Part shown: positions 21,194 through 33,125 of the stretch, one piece after another
Layout: each line of letters begins with the position of its first letter
Numbering within the stretch: position 1 is the stretch's first letter
Source of the DNA: an uncultured Candidatus Saccharibacteria bacterium
GTDB lineage: Bacteria; Patescibacteriota; Saccharimonadia; Saccharimonadales; AWTP1-31
Reading direction: 5' to 3'
NCBI GenBank assembly: GCA_964634445.1
Contig: CAZWJA010000001.1
Coordinates: forward strand, 10,343-74,342
DNA: 64,000 nt
Notes under the pieces: model-generated
Seen by the model: the letters and a program-made list of their open reading frames with translations, nothing else
Told to the model about the DNA's origin: nothing
Database searches by the model: none
Made by a program: the position numbers and the translations under genes

Positions 21194-21622
21194 CTATACT
21201 TTTCTTTTTCGTCTGCGCAAGCTGGCTACTTGCAGTCTGACAGCTTGGCGGTCGATTAGCTGCTGGGCATGCTGCAGGGAAACAGTATCCTTGGCTTCTT
21301 TAACTAAGTTCTTAGCTTGTTCTAACGCTTTTTGGGCTTCGGCTTCGTTAATTTCGTCTTCGTTATCAGCTTCGTCTACAAGCACTCGTACTTTGTTGTC
21401 GGCTATTTCTATTACACCACCGTTGGATGCAAAATGCTCAAGTCGGCTGTCCGGATCACCAGCTTTTTTTCTAACAGTTATTACTCCAGGCACAGCTAGA
21501 CTAACTAACGGCATATGATTCGGAAATACAGCGATATATCCATCTTTGGTCGGAAGTACGACTTCAAAAACTTCTTGACTGTATTTTGTGCCATCTAGAG
21601 TAACTAATTCAAATTGAATCAT
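21194..21622 (-). CDS. atpC: F1Fo ATP synthase epsilon subunit
   Basis: Last gene of the atp operon. N-terminal beta-sandwich sequence typical of epsilon (LVTLDG..VPTKDGYIAV). Confidence 0.8.
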   Translation of the reverse strand: MIQFELVTLDGTKYSQEVFEVVLPTKDGYIAVFPNHMPLVSLAVPGVITVRKKAGDPDSRLEHFASNGGVIEIADNKVRVLVDEADNEDEINEAEAQKALEQAKNLVKEAKDTVSLQHAQQLIDRQAVRLQVASLRRRKRKV

Positions 21623-22077
21623 AAATAAGCCTCATTTTTTTGAGCAGCTAGTTGCTCGTTATGATCCAGCATACTGCAAACAATTGTCGATTCAGCCATT
21701 AGGCAGACGAGTTTCATAAGATTGCTTGTGTCGTAGGGAATAAAGCTGTCGACTAGTTCTTGGACAATTATGTCTTCACGAATACTATTAGCGGGCGAAT
21801 TATCTCTCCAACGAGCCTCGAAATTATCCATTCGTAGTCGGTCGAATTGGTAATCGTAGTAGTAGCCGTTTCTAACTTCCAATTTAGCTGCATCACCGAC
21901 ATTTTTTGCCTGAGGGTACCGCTTGCTAGTCCAAGCATAAAAACCATCGCGCAAAATCTGGTGCTGCCGGCTCCATCCCGGTTTCAAGCTGTAAGGCTGG
22001 TTGTTACCGTTAGCCATTTGTAATTTCCCCATATTCTGCTGGCGAATCAGAGAATTGAATTGCCGCATCTGCCACAC
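21619..22077 (-). CDS. Hypothetical protein embedded between atpD and atpC (downstream part of a possible frameshifted gene)
   Basis: GTG-initiated ORF that overlaps the upstream 83-aa ORF by 68 nt in another frame. Its stop overlaps the atpC start. Confidence 0.35.
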   Translation of the reverse strand: MWQMRQFNSLIRQQNMGKLQMANGNNQPYSLKPGWSRQHQILRDGFYAWTSKRYPQAKNVGDAAKLEVRNGYYYDYQFDRLRMDNFEARWRDNSPANSIREDIIVQELVDSFIPYDTSNLMKLVCLMAESTIVCSMLDHNEQLAAQKNEAYL

Positions 22078-22260
22078 TTCTAACTTGACCGTATAGTCTT
22101 TCTATTGCTGATTGGTCGAAATCGCCTGTTCCAGTCCGCACATTATGCATGAAGGCTTCTAATTCAGCCGGCGTGACATCATGCCGTTCTACTACCGGCT
22201 TGGGCTCGTAACCGCGGTCAATGTAACCGCCGGTGGTTCCAGTGCAAGTTCCAGCTTCCA

Positions 22261-22261
<1 letters not shown>
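22010..22261 (-). CDS. Hypothetical protein embedded between atpD and atpC (upstream part)
   Basis: ATG overlaps the atpD stop (TAATGG). Gly/Thr-rich N-terminus. Ends inside the next ORF. Confidence 0.35.
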
Positions 22262-24071
<1,810 letters not shown>

Positions 24072-24120
24072 TAGTTAATCTCCCTTATTTCTAATTCTGA
24101 TCTTACATATATCATAAATC

Positions 24121-24987
24121 TCACTTTATCGCCTCAGCTCCACCGGTTATTTCTGCTAGTTCCTGAGTGATTGCCGCTTGCCGGGCAGTGTTGAAGGCAA
24201 GGGTAAGGTCATCTATCAAATCACTGGCATTGTCAGTCGCATTCTTCATAGCCAACATGCGCATGGATTGTTCTGAGGCAATAGACTCCATCAAAGCTTG
24301 GCTAAGCTGAGATTCTATTAGGCGTTCTGTAATCTGCTCAAGTACGGCTTTTGGTGACGGTTCAAAGACGGCTTCCTCTAGATCCGGAATTACTGGATCG
24401 GTTACATAAGCTGCCGGCAGGATTCGCTCGACTGTTACTTCCTGGTTAATGCTAGACTTGTAATCGGTATATATTAAATCTAGAGCATCTATATCCTTAT
24501 CCGTAAACAGCTTAGTGACTGTATCAAGAATCGGCCGGATATCATTGGCCGAGGGATTGTCAGGGAAGTTCTCGTAAGCTGCAATTACATTGACACCCTC
24601 AAACCGGACTATAAACCTAGCACCTTGCTTACCGATTACTATTACCTGACTGGAAATTCCAGTTTCTTTGTCGGCCATTAGTTCTTTTGTAACTTGTTTC
24701 AAAACATTGCTGTTATATGCACCCGCAAGTCCGCGGTTGCTGGTTACAATTAAATGCAGACGAGTTTTAATAGTCCGCTTATCATATAACGGATGGCTTT
24801 TTACATCTGTAAGTTCTCGTAGACGGGCAAGAATTTGCCTGGCAAGGTTACGATAGTCGCGGCTGCGCAAAGCCAGCTCTTGAGCCCGTCGCATCTTGGA
24901 AGCGCTAACTAGCTCCATCGCTTTGGTAATCTGGCGAGTGCTCTTAACGCTTCCGATGCGTTGCTTAAGTTGCTGACGGCTAGCCAT
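24121..24987 (-). CDS. atpG: F1Fo ATP synthase gamma subunit
   Basis: Position in operon, length 288 aa, and N- and C-terminal coiled-coil helices typical of gamma. Confidence 0.85.
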   Translation of the reverse strand: MASRQQLKQRIGSVKSTRQITKAMELVSASKMRRAQELALRSRDYRNLARQILARLRELTDVKSHPLYDKRTIKTRLHLIVTSNRGLAGAYNSNVLKQVTKELMADKETGISSQVIVIGKQGARFIVRFEGVNVIAAYENFPDNPSANDIRPILDTVTKLFTDKDIDALDLIYTDYKSSINQEVTVERILPAAYVTDPVIPDLEEAVFEPSPKAVLEQITERLIESQLSQALMESIASEQSMRMLAMKNATDNASDLIDDLTLAFNTARQAAITQELAEITGGAEAIK

Positions 24988-25504
24988 TTGCTTCTCCGTC
25001 TGCAGGAATATGATCTATCCCTTTTTCAAGCATTACTACTTCCGCGGCCATTCTTGTTGAACTTAATGTGACTTCTTCCGAATATCCTTCTTCCATACCG
25101 CGGCTGTATGCTCGACCTAGAAATGAAAAGAAATTCTCTTTAAAAACATCAGCACTATTTTCAAAATATTCACCTTCAATAGCATCATCCCTTAGGCTAG
25201 CAAGTGTTAGTTCAAAATCGATATCTGAAACTTGTCTTGCTAATAGACCATAATCAGTTACCATTTGGCGATGTGCATCCAAAAATTTAATTGAAGCAGC
25301 ACCAGCTTCTGGATCATCCATGAGTGCAGTGACTGTTGCATCTTGAATTTCAACACCGGAACCTAACAAGGCATCACGCCTTTTTACAAAATCATCATGA
25401 CGTTTTCTAGCGTAAGGATTTTCTTTCATTTTATTGACCGCGTAATACGCACTAACAATAGTTTTTTGTTCTTCTGGTTGGAATAAACTTAAATACTCGG
25501 ACAT
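24980..25504 (-). CDS. Hypothetical acidic protein between atpA and atpG
   Basis: ATG overlaps the atpA stop (TAATG). Its stop overlaps the atpG start (ATGGCTAG). No recognizable domain. Confidence 0.4.
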   Translation of the reverse strand: MSEYLSLFQPEEQKTIVSAYYAVNKMKENPYARKRHDDFVKRRDALLGSGVEIQDATVTALMDDPEAGAASIKFLDAHRQMVTDYGLLARQVSDIDFELTLASLRDDAIEGEYFENSADVFKENFFSFLGRAYSRGMEEGYSEEVTLSSTRMAAEVVMLEKGIDHIPADGEANG

Positions 25505-27036
25505 TAGTCTTCCTTAAATCCTTCAACAATATCTTTGGCCACGCCTAAAATTGCTTTCTTAGTTTCGTCGCTTGGCTTGTCACCTTTGTTTAGCTCTTCC
25601 ACGACTTTCTTGTGTCGGGCACTTAGCTCATGAAGCATTGCTGCTTGAGCCGGCTTGATCTTAGCAACTGGGATGTTGTCAAAAGCTCCTTCAGTTGCTG
25701 CCATTAGTGATGCTGTTTGTTCAGCGATAGACAGCGGACTGTATTGAGGCTGCTTAAGCAGTTCGGTTAGTCTTTGTCCGCGTTCGATCTTGGCCTTGGT
25801 TTCTGCATCTAGATCGCTTCCAAACTGCGCAAAAGCGGCAAGTTCCCGGAACTGAGCAAGATCAAGTCGGAGCGAACCAGCAACACTTTTTACAGCTTTA
25901 GTTTGGGCCGAACCACCAACACGGGAAACCGACAAACCAACTGAAACAGCCGGTCGGATACCTTGGTTAAACAGGTTTGTTTCCATGAAGATCTGACCGT
26001 CGGTAATAGAGATAACGTTGGTTGGGATATAGGCTGATATATCTCCAGCTTGAGTTTCAATGATTGGCAGGGCAGTTAATGACCCACCGCCTTTGGCATC
26101 GCTCATTTTTGCCGCTCGCTCTAGCAGGCGAGAGTGCAGGTAGAAAACATCACCCGGGTAGGCTTCACGTCCTGGTGGACGGCGAAGCAGTAACGACATT
26201 TGCCGGTAGGCCACAGCGTGCTTACTTAGGTCGTCGTAAGTTATCAGCGCGTGCTGGCCATTGTCTCTAAAATATTCGCCGATAGCGGCACCGGCGTACG
26301 GTGCTAAGTACTGCATTGAAGCTGGGTCGGCTGCACTGGTTGCTACGACTATAGTCTGGTCCATGACGCCTTCGCGCTTCAATCGCTCGATTATTCTAGC
26401 GACTTTACTCAACTTTTGTCCAACTGCAACATAGATATTGATAACTCCGGTTTTCTGCTTGGCCTGGTTGATCATGGTGTCGACTGCAATTGCAGTCTTA
26501 CCAGTCTGACGGTCGCCAATAATCAGCTCACGCTGGCCTCGGCCGATCGGTACCATAGCGTCTATAGCCATGATTCCGGTCATTAATGGTTCGCCAACGC
26601 TTTTTCGATCTAAGACTCCAGGTGCAATCTGTTCGACCAAGCCAAACTTCTTAGATTTAATTGGGCCTTTGTTATCTAGCGGGCGACCTAAAGGGTCGAC
26701 AACACGGCCAACAAGTTCTGGGCCAACTGGGATTTCCATGACTCGTCCGGTTAGTTTGGCCCGCATGCCAGCCTTAACTTCAACGTCTTCGCCCATCAGT
26801 ACGGCACCAATTTCACCTTCTTGCAAGTTCAAAGCGAATGCTGGCACTGGCTTGCCAGTGCCTTCAATTTCAATCATTTCGTTGTAGCCACAGTTCTGCA
26901 AACCGTAGATCCAAGCAATACCATCACCAACTCGGGTAACAATACCAACGCTTTCAATCTCTGGGCTATGCTTCAGCTCCTCGATTGCTCGACGAATGTC
27001 GGCGCTTAGTTCCTTAATATTAATGTCAGTTGCCAT
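25504..27036 (-). CDS. atpA: F1Fo ATP synthase alpha subunit
   Basis: Walker A GDRQTGKT. Length 510 aa. Confidence 0.95.
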   Translation of the reverse strand: MATDINIKELSADIRRAIEELKHSPEIESVGIVTRVGDGIAWIYGLQNCGYNEMIEIEGTGKPVPAFALNLQEGEIGAVLMGEDVEVKAGMRAKLTGRVMEIPVGPELVGRVVDPLGRPLDNKGPIKSKKFGLVEQIAPGVLDRKSVGEPLMTGIMAIDAMVPIGRGQRELIIGDRQTGKTAIAVDTMINQAKQKTGVINIYVAVGQKLSKVARIIERLKREGVMDQTIVVATSAADPASMQYLAPYAGAAIGEYFRDNGQHALITYDDLSKHAVAYRQMSLLLRRPPGREAYPGDVFYLHSRLLERAAKMSDAKGGGSLTALPIIETQAGDISAYIPTNVISITDGQIFMETNLFNQGIRPAVSVGLSVSRVGGSAQTKAVKSVAGSLRLDLAQFRELAAFAQFGSDLDAETKAKIERGQRLTELLKQPQYSPLSIAEQTASLMAATEGAFDNIPVAKIKPAQAAMLHELSARHKKVVEELNKGDKPSDETKKAILGVAKDIVEGFKED

Positions 27037-27051
27037 GTTTAATCTTTCTCC

Positions 27052-27444
27052 TTATACCAATGTCTTTAGTCGCTGTAATTGCCGGCGTACGGTTAAATCT
27101 AGGCTCGAGTCAGCTGTTTCACAGCGCACGCCGCCAATTACATTCGGATTAATTGTTAATTCTAATACTATTTTCTTGGCACTACTTTGTGCCTTAAATA
27201 TATCTGTAATCTGTTGTTCTAATACGGGTTCGATTGCTCGGGCAGCCGTAACATGAACATACAAAATTCCTTCGCTCTCATAAAGCTTCTTCTCAACGTC
27301 ACGGATGATTGCTTTTAGGTCGCCAATACGGCGTTCTTCTACCAAATAGGCAGCTAATGAGTTGGTCACGTCCTTAATTTCTTTGCCGGACTTTAGATCT
27401 GACAGAATTGCACGGGCGATAACAGCATTAGTTTCCTTAGCCAT
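27052..27444 (-). CDS. atpH: F1Fo ATP synthase delta (OSCP) subunit, short form
   Basis: Position between atpF and atpA. C-terminal IGGVRCE...DLTVRRQLQRL resembles the delta C-terminus. At 130 aa it is shorter than typical delta. Confidence 0.6.
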   Translation of the reverse strand: MAKETNAVIARAILSDLKSGKEIKDVTNSLAAYLVEERRIGDLKAIIRDVEKKLYESEGILYVHVTAARAIEPVLEQQITDIFKAQSSAKKIVLELTINPNVIGGVRCETADSSLDLTVRRQLQRLKTLV

Positions 27445-27450
27445 AATTAA

Positions 27451-27993
27451 TTACGCCCGTACTCTTTCTATCTTGTCTAGTGCTCTTTGAATTAGGCTAG
27501 CGTCTTTCTTAGCGTCAACTTTTTCATGAATAATGACTTCAGTGGCTTCACTGACTAGTGCCAGCATTTCACCGCGCAGCTGGTTTCGTGCCTTGTCCAT
27601 CTCGCGTTTGATCCGGCCTTCAGCGTCTTTCAGCATTGTATCTACTTTCTTAGAAGCACTAACCTCTGCCGCCTTAATCATTGTGCTCGATTCCTTGTTG
27701 GCGTTGGCAATAATTGCATCAGCTTCGGTCCTAGCTTTTTGGTGGAGCTTCTGTAGCTCAACTTCAAATTCAGCCTGCTTCTTCTGCATAGAAATACCAA
27801 GGTCAACGCCCGAGTCGATCGTCTTGCGTCGTTCTTCAAGCGTATTGACGATATTAGTCAGCGCGAATTTCTTGATCAAGAAAAACAAAAGCAAAAATAC
27901 GCCGGCCTGCATCAAGATTACCTTGATGTCTAGTCCCAGTACCGCGATGCCTTCTTTCTCTTCGGCTGCAAATTGTATTAATGAACTAATCAT
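27451..27993 (-). CDS. atpF: F1Fo ATP synthase b subunit
   Basis: N-terminal TM helix followed by a long charged helix. Operon position. Confidence 0.75.
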   Translation of the reverse strand: MISSLIQFAAEEKEGIAVLGLDIKVILMQAGVFLLLFFLIKKFALTNIVNTLEERRKTIDSGVDLGISMQKKQAEFEVELQKLHQKARTEADAIIANANKESSTMIKAAEVSASKKVDTMLKDAEGRIKREMDKARNQLRGEMLALVSEATEVIIHEKVDAKKDASLIQRALDKIERVRA

Positions 27994-28061
27994 TTATTTC
28001 CTTTATTTTGTTTTAGAACGGAGCAGGGCGGCGAACCGCCCAAGTTTAATCTGTTGCTCGT

Positions 28062-28310
28062 CTATTTAACAATGATACCGGCTGCTAATGTCAGCAGGGC
28101 GGTAACTTCGATCATTGCCGCGATAATAATAACCTGGCTCGCAGCCTTACCAGCTTCCGGGTTACGTCCTAAAGCTTTCATATAAGCTTGTCCGACCATA
28201 CCCAGTCCGATAGCAGCACCGACCATGCCGATACCGACCATGAATGACTTGCTGTTGAAGGGACCTGATCCGGTTGCTTCAGCAGCTACTTTTGTTAGTA
28301 ATGGTGCCAT
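28062..28310 (-). CDS. atpE: F1Fo ATP synthase c subunit
   Basis: 82-aa two-helix hairpin with Gly-rich helix 1 (GIGMVGAAIGLGMVG). Confidence 0.85.
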   Translation of the reverse strand: MAPLLTKVAAEATGSGPFNSKSFMVGIGMVGAAIGLGMVGQAYMKALGRNPEAGKAASQVIIIAAMIEVTALLTLAAGIIVK

Positions 28311-28380
28311 TTATTTAAACTCCTTATTTTGTACCGCAAGCACCCTGGCAAGCCAGAGAAAATTCTCACGGATATTAATA

Positions 28381-29277
28381 TTAATGGCTAACATCTCCCT
28401 CGAGCTTCGCGACCACAGGGTCGGTTTCGTGGGCAGGATGTTCGTCGTCATGGCCGTGGCTAATTGCCAGACCTAGGTATGTAGCGGCAAGTACGGTAAA
28501 GACATACGCCTGAATGCCCGCTACAAGCATTTCAAATATGGCGATTGGTAGAATTGTAAACGATCTGAAGTCTTTGCCGATGTAGGCGAATATTCCGATT
28601 AAAATCTCACCCAGGGCGGTATTAAGAAACAGCCTAAGGCTGAGGCTTAAGACGCGGGTGAACTCTCCGAAAACTTCCAATATGCCGATAAAAAGGTTGA
28701 TCGGGTTGAGCGGCTTGTCGGTAAAGTAGTGTTTAAGGTGACCGATAAAACCGGATTCCTTAATCGACAAGTACTGGACTGTAATAATAGCTATTAGCGC
28801 CATTGCGATCGTGCCGTTAAGATCAGCTGTAAACGGACGTAGCAGAGGAACATTTCCTTCATGTGTAGTTGCGAAAACTCCAGGACCTACAATTGGCAAT
28901 AACCCCATTAGATTGGAGAAAATAATAAATAAGAAGAACGTCCCAAAGATTGGTGCATATTGGACCGCTTTAGCGCGTGAGCCTAATGGGCCTTCGACCA
29001 GCCCGATAATAAACTCGGCAATAATCTCAATCACTTGGTTGATTCCTCTTGCGGCTTTGATATGGATTTTAGTTTTAGCAAATATCAGCCACATTACCAG
29101 CAGTGCTGCACAGATCGCTCCGTAAATAAAAGAATTACTGATCGGCAAACCATGCCAAGTAAAAATATTCTCAGGACTAATAGAAATATGTAGGTCTTCG
29201 GCTGCAAAACGGCTAAACGGATTAGCTAAAGAAATAAGGGAATTTAGCATAGACCTCCAGTGGGTTGACACTCCCAA
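28381..29277 (-). CDS. atpB: F1Fo ATP synthase a subunit
   Basis: Polytopic membrane protein with the conserved stator Arg region LSLSLRLFLN. Confidence 0.85.
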   Translation of the reverse strand: MGVSTHWRSMLNSLISLANPFSRFAAEDLHISISPENIFTWHGLPISNSFIYGAICAALLVMWLIFAKTKIHIKAARGINQVIEIIAEFIIGLVEGPLGSRAKAVQYAPIFGTFFLFIIFSNLMGLLPIVGPGVFATTHEGNVPLLRPFTADLNGTIAMALIAIITVQYLSIKESGFIGHLKHYFTDKPLNPINLFIGILEVFGEFTRVLSLSLRLFLNTALGEILIGIFAYIGKDFRSFTILPIAIFEMLVAGIQAYVFTVLAATYLGLAISHGHDDEHPAHETDPVVAKLEGDVSH

Positions 29278-29326
29278 GAGTTCGTCGTCTTACCTAAGGC
29301 GGCGGTTCGTATACTCATCTCCGTGC

Positions 29327-29362
29327 ATTATAACAGGAGTCAGGACGCTACTGCAACAGCTT
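29327..29362 (-). promoter_or_regulatory. Putative sigma70-type promoter of the atp operon (extended -10 TGTTATAAT, -35-like TTGCAG)
   Basis: Minus-strand TGTTATAAT at 29327-29335 with TTGCAG 18 nt upstream, about 45 nt ahead of the atpB start. Confidence 0.4.
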
Positions 29363-29423
29363 TTTGATTGGATTAATAAAACCTGTTTTTGTTCACCTTA
29401 AACTTAATCAATTAAGTTATAAA

Positions 29424-29432
29424 TGGTATAAT
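29424..29432 (+). promoter_or_regulatory. Extended -10 element TGGTATAAT immediately upstream of the glutaredoxin-like gene; implies a leaderless transcript
   Basis: TGGTATAAT ends 6 nt before the ATG at 29439. Confidence 0.4.
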
Positions 29433-29438
29433 CTAAGC

Positions 29439-29666
29439 ATGATAACTCTTTACACGTCACCAGCCTGCGCTTACTGCCACATGGCTCGTGAATACCTTAA
29501 ATCCAAGAAGCTCAAATTTAAGGAATATGACATCAGCGACAATCCTAAGGCACTCGACTTCGTACTAAACAAAGTCGGGCAGGCAGCAACCCCAGTACTT
29601 GATATCGACGGGACTATAATTCTAGGCTTCAACCGGCCGCAGATTGACTTAGCACTGCGCAAATAA
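29439..29666 (+). CDS. Glutaredoxin-like protein (NrdH/Grx family)
   Basis: N-terminal CxxC redox motif (SPACAYCHMAREYL) in an about 75-aa thioredoxin-fold-sized protein. Start moved to the internal ATG at 29439, directly downstream of a -10 element. Confidence 0.65.
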   Translation: MITLYTSPACAYCHMAREYLKSKKLKFKEYDISDNPKALDFVLNKVGQAATPVLDIDGTIILGFNRPQIDLALRK

Positions 29667-29771
29667 CTATTACTTAGTGATTTTTATCACACGCTATATT
29701 TAGTGTATGTGCTTTACACAACACCACTACTGTTATATAATCCACTTGGAGAATAACTTTGGAGGTCCTCA

Positions 29772-30422
29772 ATGAGTCAGCCCAATCCAGTAGGAGTTAC
29801 TGTGCCAGATCATGAAAGGCATCTCAATATTGTGCCAACAATGCCCGAAGTAGCTGAAATTGTAATTCCAGATTATGAAGTTACTGAATATAGCGTAGAG
29901 AGTTTAACTAGTCCTAATGACCCAATGGTCTCAATGATCGACATGACTCTTTTTGATAACCGAAAATGGATGCACGGATACGAAATTGCCGGTGCTGAAG
30001 TAGTTCCTGACCGCGAATCAAGGCTACGAGTTGTTCGAAATGTTATCGGCATCTTTCCGGAGTATCAAGATTTTGGGCGCGTCAGTCCTAATACACTCTT
30101 GAGTCATGCAAAATATCTGGAGCATTCAAAAAGAACAATTAATAAAGTGTCAAAATCAGTGGCAGAACACTTAAGCGACAGAGGTCAATCTTCAATTGAT
30201 GAAGTCTTCCTTCGTCTAGTTGAGGCAAAAGATCCGCTAGCCGTAACGCTGGCTAGAATCTATCAGGATCCTCAGATTAACGAGCGGGTATTTGCTAGTA
30301 TCTATCGTGATTCTATTGTCGCCTTTCATAGGGATGAAGTTAAGAACCTGATCGATTTGCAACTAAATAAGCTTCGCATAGGAAAAGTAGTAATAGAAAA
30401 GCAAGTTGAACCCACAAACTAG
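29772..30422 (+). CDS. Hypothetical protein
   Basis: ORF only. Confidence 0.4.
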   Translation: MSQPNPVGVTVPDHERHLNIVPTMPEVAEIVIPDYEVTEYSVESLTSPNDPMVSMIDMTLFDNRKWMHGYEIAGAEVVPDRESRLRVVRNVIGIFPEYQDFGRVSPNTLLSHAKYLEHSKRTINKVSKSVAEHLSDRGQSSIDEVFLRLVEAKDPLAVTLARIYQDPQINERVFASIYRDSIVAFHRDEVKNLIDLQLNKLRIGKVVIEKQVEPTN

Positions 30423-30448
30423 ATCACAAACGCTGATACAATTAGTGC

Positions 30449-31018
30449 ATGAGTTTTGATGGTTATAAAACTAAAGATTCAGTAGTAATTGTTTACACCG
30501 GAGACAACAAAGGCAAAACCAGTGCTTCTTTAGGACTCATGGTCCGAGCTTTAGGCAACCGCTGGAACGTAGCTTTTATTCAGTTCATCAAATACTGGGG
30601 CGTTGGTGAGCATGTTTTTATTCGGGATATTAGTAGCCTTTATAAAAACCATGTCTACTTTTATAAGGGTGGCAAAGGTTTTTACAAAGCTGGCGACCTA
30701 AGCCCTCAGAATATTAGCGAAGAAATGCACAAGCAGGCTGCAAAAGAAACGTACGATCAAGCTTATTTAGCAGCCACCAACGGCAAATACGACCTGGTTA
30801 TCTGCGATGAAATCAACAATGCCGTAAACGACGGCTTGATTACCAAGGCCATGCTCAAAAAACTAATTAAAGACAAGTCTGCCAAAACCAGCCTGTGCCT
30901 GACTGGCAGGAATTTCCCCAAAGACTTGCTTGAATATGTAGATATCGCCACAGAGATGAAGAAGATCAAGCACCATTTCGACGACAAGTTCCTAGCTAAT
31001 CCGGGAATAGACTATTAA
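30449..31018 (+). CDS. Cob(I)alamin adenosyltransferase-like P-loop protein (CobA/CobO/BtuR family)
   Basis: VIVYTGDNKGKTSASLGLMVRALG...VAFIQFIKY matches the CobA-type GxGKGKTTAAxG...QFxKG signature. Confidence 0.6.
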   Translation: MSFDGYKTKDSVVIVYTGDNKGKTSASLGLMVRALGNRWNVAFIQFIKYWGVGEHVFIRDISSLYKNHVYFYKGGKGFYKAGDLSPQNISEEMHKQAAKETYDQAYLAATNGKYDLVICDEINNAVNDGLITKAMLKKLIKDKSAKTSLCLTGRNFPKDLLEYVDIATEMKKIKHHFDDKFLANPGIDY

Positions 31019-31067
31019 TGTATAGATCTTTATTTGCATATAATTCAGATCGGTTTAGCATATTATT

Positions 31068-31589
31068 ATGAGCCAACCGACTTTATACCTCATGCTTGGA
31101 TACCCGGGTTCGGGCAAAACAACAGCCAGCAAGGCGATTGCCAAAGTCGCTCATGCGGTGCATCTGTGGGCCGACCATGAAAGGCGGTTGAAGTTTAAAG
31201 CTCCAACTTACGGGCATCAGGAAAATCTTAGACTATATGATGACTTGAACCACAAGACCAAAGTCCTGCTCACAGAAGGTAAAAGCGTTGTCTTTGATAC
31301 CAACTTCAACTTCTACAAAGACCGCCAGCATCTGCGGAAAATTGCCAAAGACTGCGGTGCAGAAACAAAACTTATTTGGGTTAAAACCGATAAGAAAATA
31401 GCCAAGCAAAGAGCAACCGAAGATGCCCACCTTCAGGAGACTAGGGTGCTCGGTAACATGCCGCCGGAAGAATTTGACCGAATGTCCGGCAACATGGAAA
31501 AACCCCGCGGTGGCGAAAAATATATTGAACTAGACGGCACTAAAATTACTAAAAGCTATGTCGCTGACAAATTAGATATTGTCGTTTAG
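31068..31589 (+). CDS. P-loop NTPase/kinase (AAA_33/zeta-toxin-like fold)
   Basis: Walker A GYPGSGKTT near the N-terminus. Small single-domain size. Confidence 0.5.
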   Translation: MSQPTLYLMLGYPGSGKTTASKAIAKVAHAVHLWADHERRLKFKAPTYGHQENLRLYDDLNHKTKVLLTEGKSVVFDTNFNFYKDRQHLRKIAKDCGAETKLIWVKTDKKIAKQRATEDAHLQETRVLGNMPPEEFDRMSGNMEKPRGGEKYIELDGTKITKSYVADKLDIVV

Positions 31590-31669
31590 TCTTTTTTATC
31601 ATTTATCTAGTCCGTCAATATTATTTTGTAATTAAAGTATAATTAGCTGAATCAAGCGAGGGTATCTTA

Positions 31670-32233
31670 ATGGCTAGAAGGAAAAAGGCAAAGCGGACTT
31701 TGATAATTACTATTATTGCGCTGTGCCTGGCTTTCGCCCAGCAGAAAGGCTATCTCCAGCCGATCGAGCAGAAAGCATCTCAAAACCAGCCAGGATTATA
31801 TAAAGTTACGACCTTCACCGACGGTGACACGATAACGATTGATATGAACGGTACGGAAGAAAAAGTCAGGTTTATCGGGGTCGATACGCCTGAAACTCAC
31901 GATCCAAGAAAAAGTGTTCAGTGTTTCGGTATGGCGGCCGCTAATTACACTAAAAACCTAATCGGGCTAAATCGGGTTAGGTTAGAGTCAGATCCAACCA
32001 ACACCAACCGGGATCGCTACAACCGGCTGCTTAGATATGTTTACTTGCCAGATGGCAGATTAGTCAATGCCGAAATAATTAAGCAGGGCTACGGCTTCGC
32101 CTACACTTACTTTCCATTTACTAAGCTGGATGAGTTTGTCAGCTACCAAAAAGAAGCTGAGATGAATAAATTAGGTCTGTGGGGCAGCTGTACTATTACT
32201 TCTGAAGACAATGGCCAGGTTCACACCGATTGA
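31670..32233 (+). CDS. Membrane-anchored thermonuclease (staphylococcal nuclease/SNase-like)
   Basis: N-terminal TM, then GDTITID..VRFIGVDTPE and RYNRLLRYVYL...NAEIIKQGYG motifs of the SNase fold. Confidence 0.7.
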   Translation: MARRKKAKRTLIITIIALCLAFAQQKGYLQPIEQKASQNQPGLYKVTTFTDGDTITIDMNGTEEKVRFIGVDTPETHDPRKSVQCFGMAAANYTKNLIGLNRVRLESDPTNTNRDRYNRLLRYVYLPDGRLVNAEIIKQGYGFAYTYFPFTKLDEFVSYQKEAEMNKLGLWGSCTITSEDNGQVHTD

Positions 32234-32235
32234 AT

Positions 32236-33078
32236 TTATTGAAATGGCTGGGGACGGGGCTTATTGGGATTAGTAAACAATTTCTTGAGCGAAAATCTGT
32301 GCTTGTCTGCGTCATAAGCTAGAACCAACGGCCTCAGGAAAATATAGCCGACAAAGTAGGCGACAATGGCGATATAGCCACCTATAGTCTTGATCCCATG
32401 GCGAGTGTAGGTAAGATTGCTAAGCCGAATATAGCGGTAGAAATTTTTCGGCGTATCAGAGTAACGCCGGGCTGACATTCCAGCTCGGAGGTTAATGTCG
32501 TATCGGATTTTTCTTTTATGTTTAAACAAATGAATTGCGATGTCGGCATCTTCATATATATAGTCGATATGGCATAGTTCACTGCGAATAAAGTCCCAAT
32601 CTGTCTTTCTAATTGCCATATTAGTTCCAAACAAAAACGGCCAGTTTTTCTCATGCTTGTATAAAATATTCTTAAAGAAATCCTCAACCCAATGATTCTG
32701 CGGCGACAGCGGCATATCGTACCAGTGGCTGGATCCGGTGACAGCAGCAATAGAATCGTCGGACATTATCTTGATAGCCGTCTCGGTCCAATTTGGCTCA
32801 AGCTTGGTATCGGCGTCAATTCGGCCGATAATGTCAGACTTAGCAGCATTGAAGCCAGTAGTCCTGGCATATAGCGTACCTTGTTTGCTTTCGGTGATTA
32901 CTCTTACGAAAGCAAATGACTTGGCAACTTTGAGCGTTGAGTCGGTTGAATTGTTATCGACAACAATAACCTCATCCGGCATATGAGTTTGCTTAGCAAC
33001 CGAATCCAAGCAGTGTTTTAAGGCGTATTCTTCGTTATATACTGGTATAATCAAAGATAATGTTAATGCTTTTTTCAT
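32236..33078 (-). CDS. Glycosyltransferase family 2
   Basis: LSLIIPVYNEE, VIVVDNNSTDST, and the DxD region IGRIDADT. Confidence 0.75.
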   Translation of the reverse strand: MKKALTLSLIIPVYNEEYALKHCLDSVAKQTHMPDEVIVVDNNSTDSTLKVAKSFAFVRVITESKQGTLYARTTGFNAAKSDIIGRIDADTKLEPNWTETAIKIMSDDSIAAVTGSSHWYDMPLSPQNHWVEDFFKNILYKHEKNWPFLFGTNMAIRKTDWDFIRSELCHIDYIYEDADIAIHLFKHKRKIRYDINLRAGMSARRYSDTPKNFYRYIRLSNLTYTRHGIKTIGGYIAIVAYFVGYIFLRPLVLAYDADKHRFSLKKLFTNPNKPRPQPFQ

Positions 33079-33125
33079 AAGTTAATTAAGTCATAACCAT
33101 TGGTTTATTATTATAAAGACTATTC

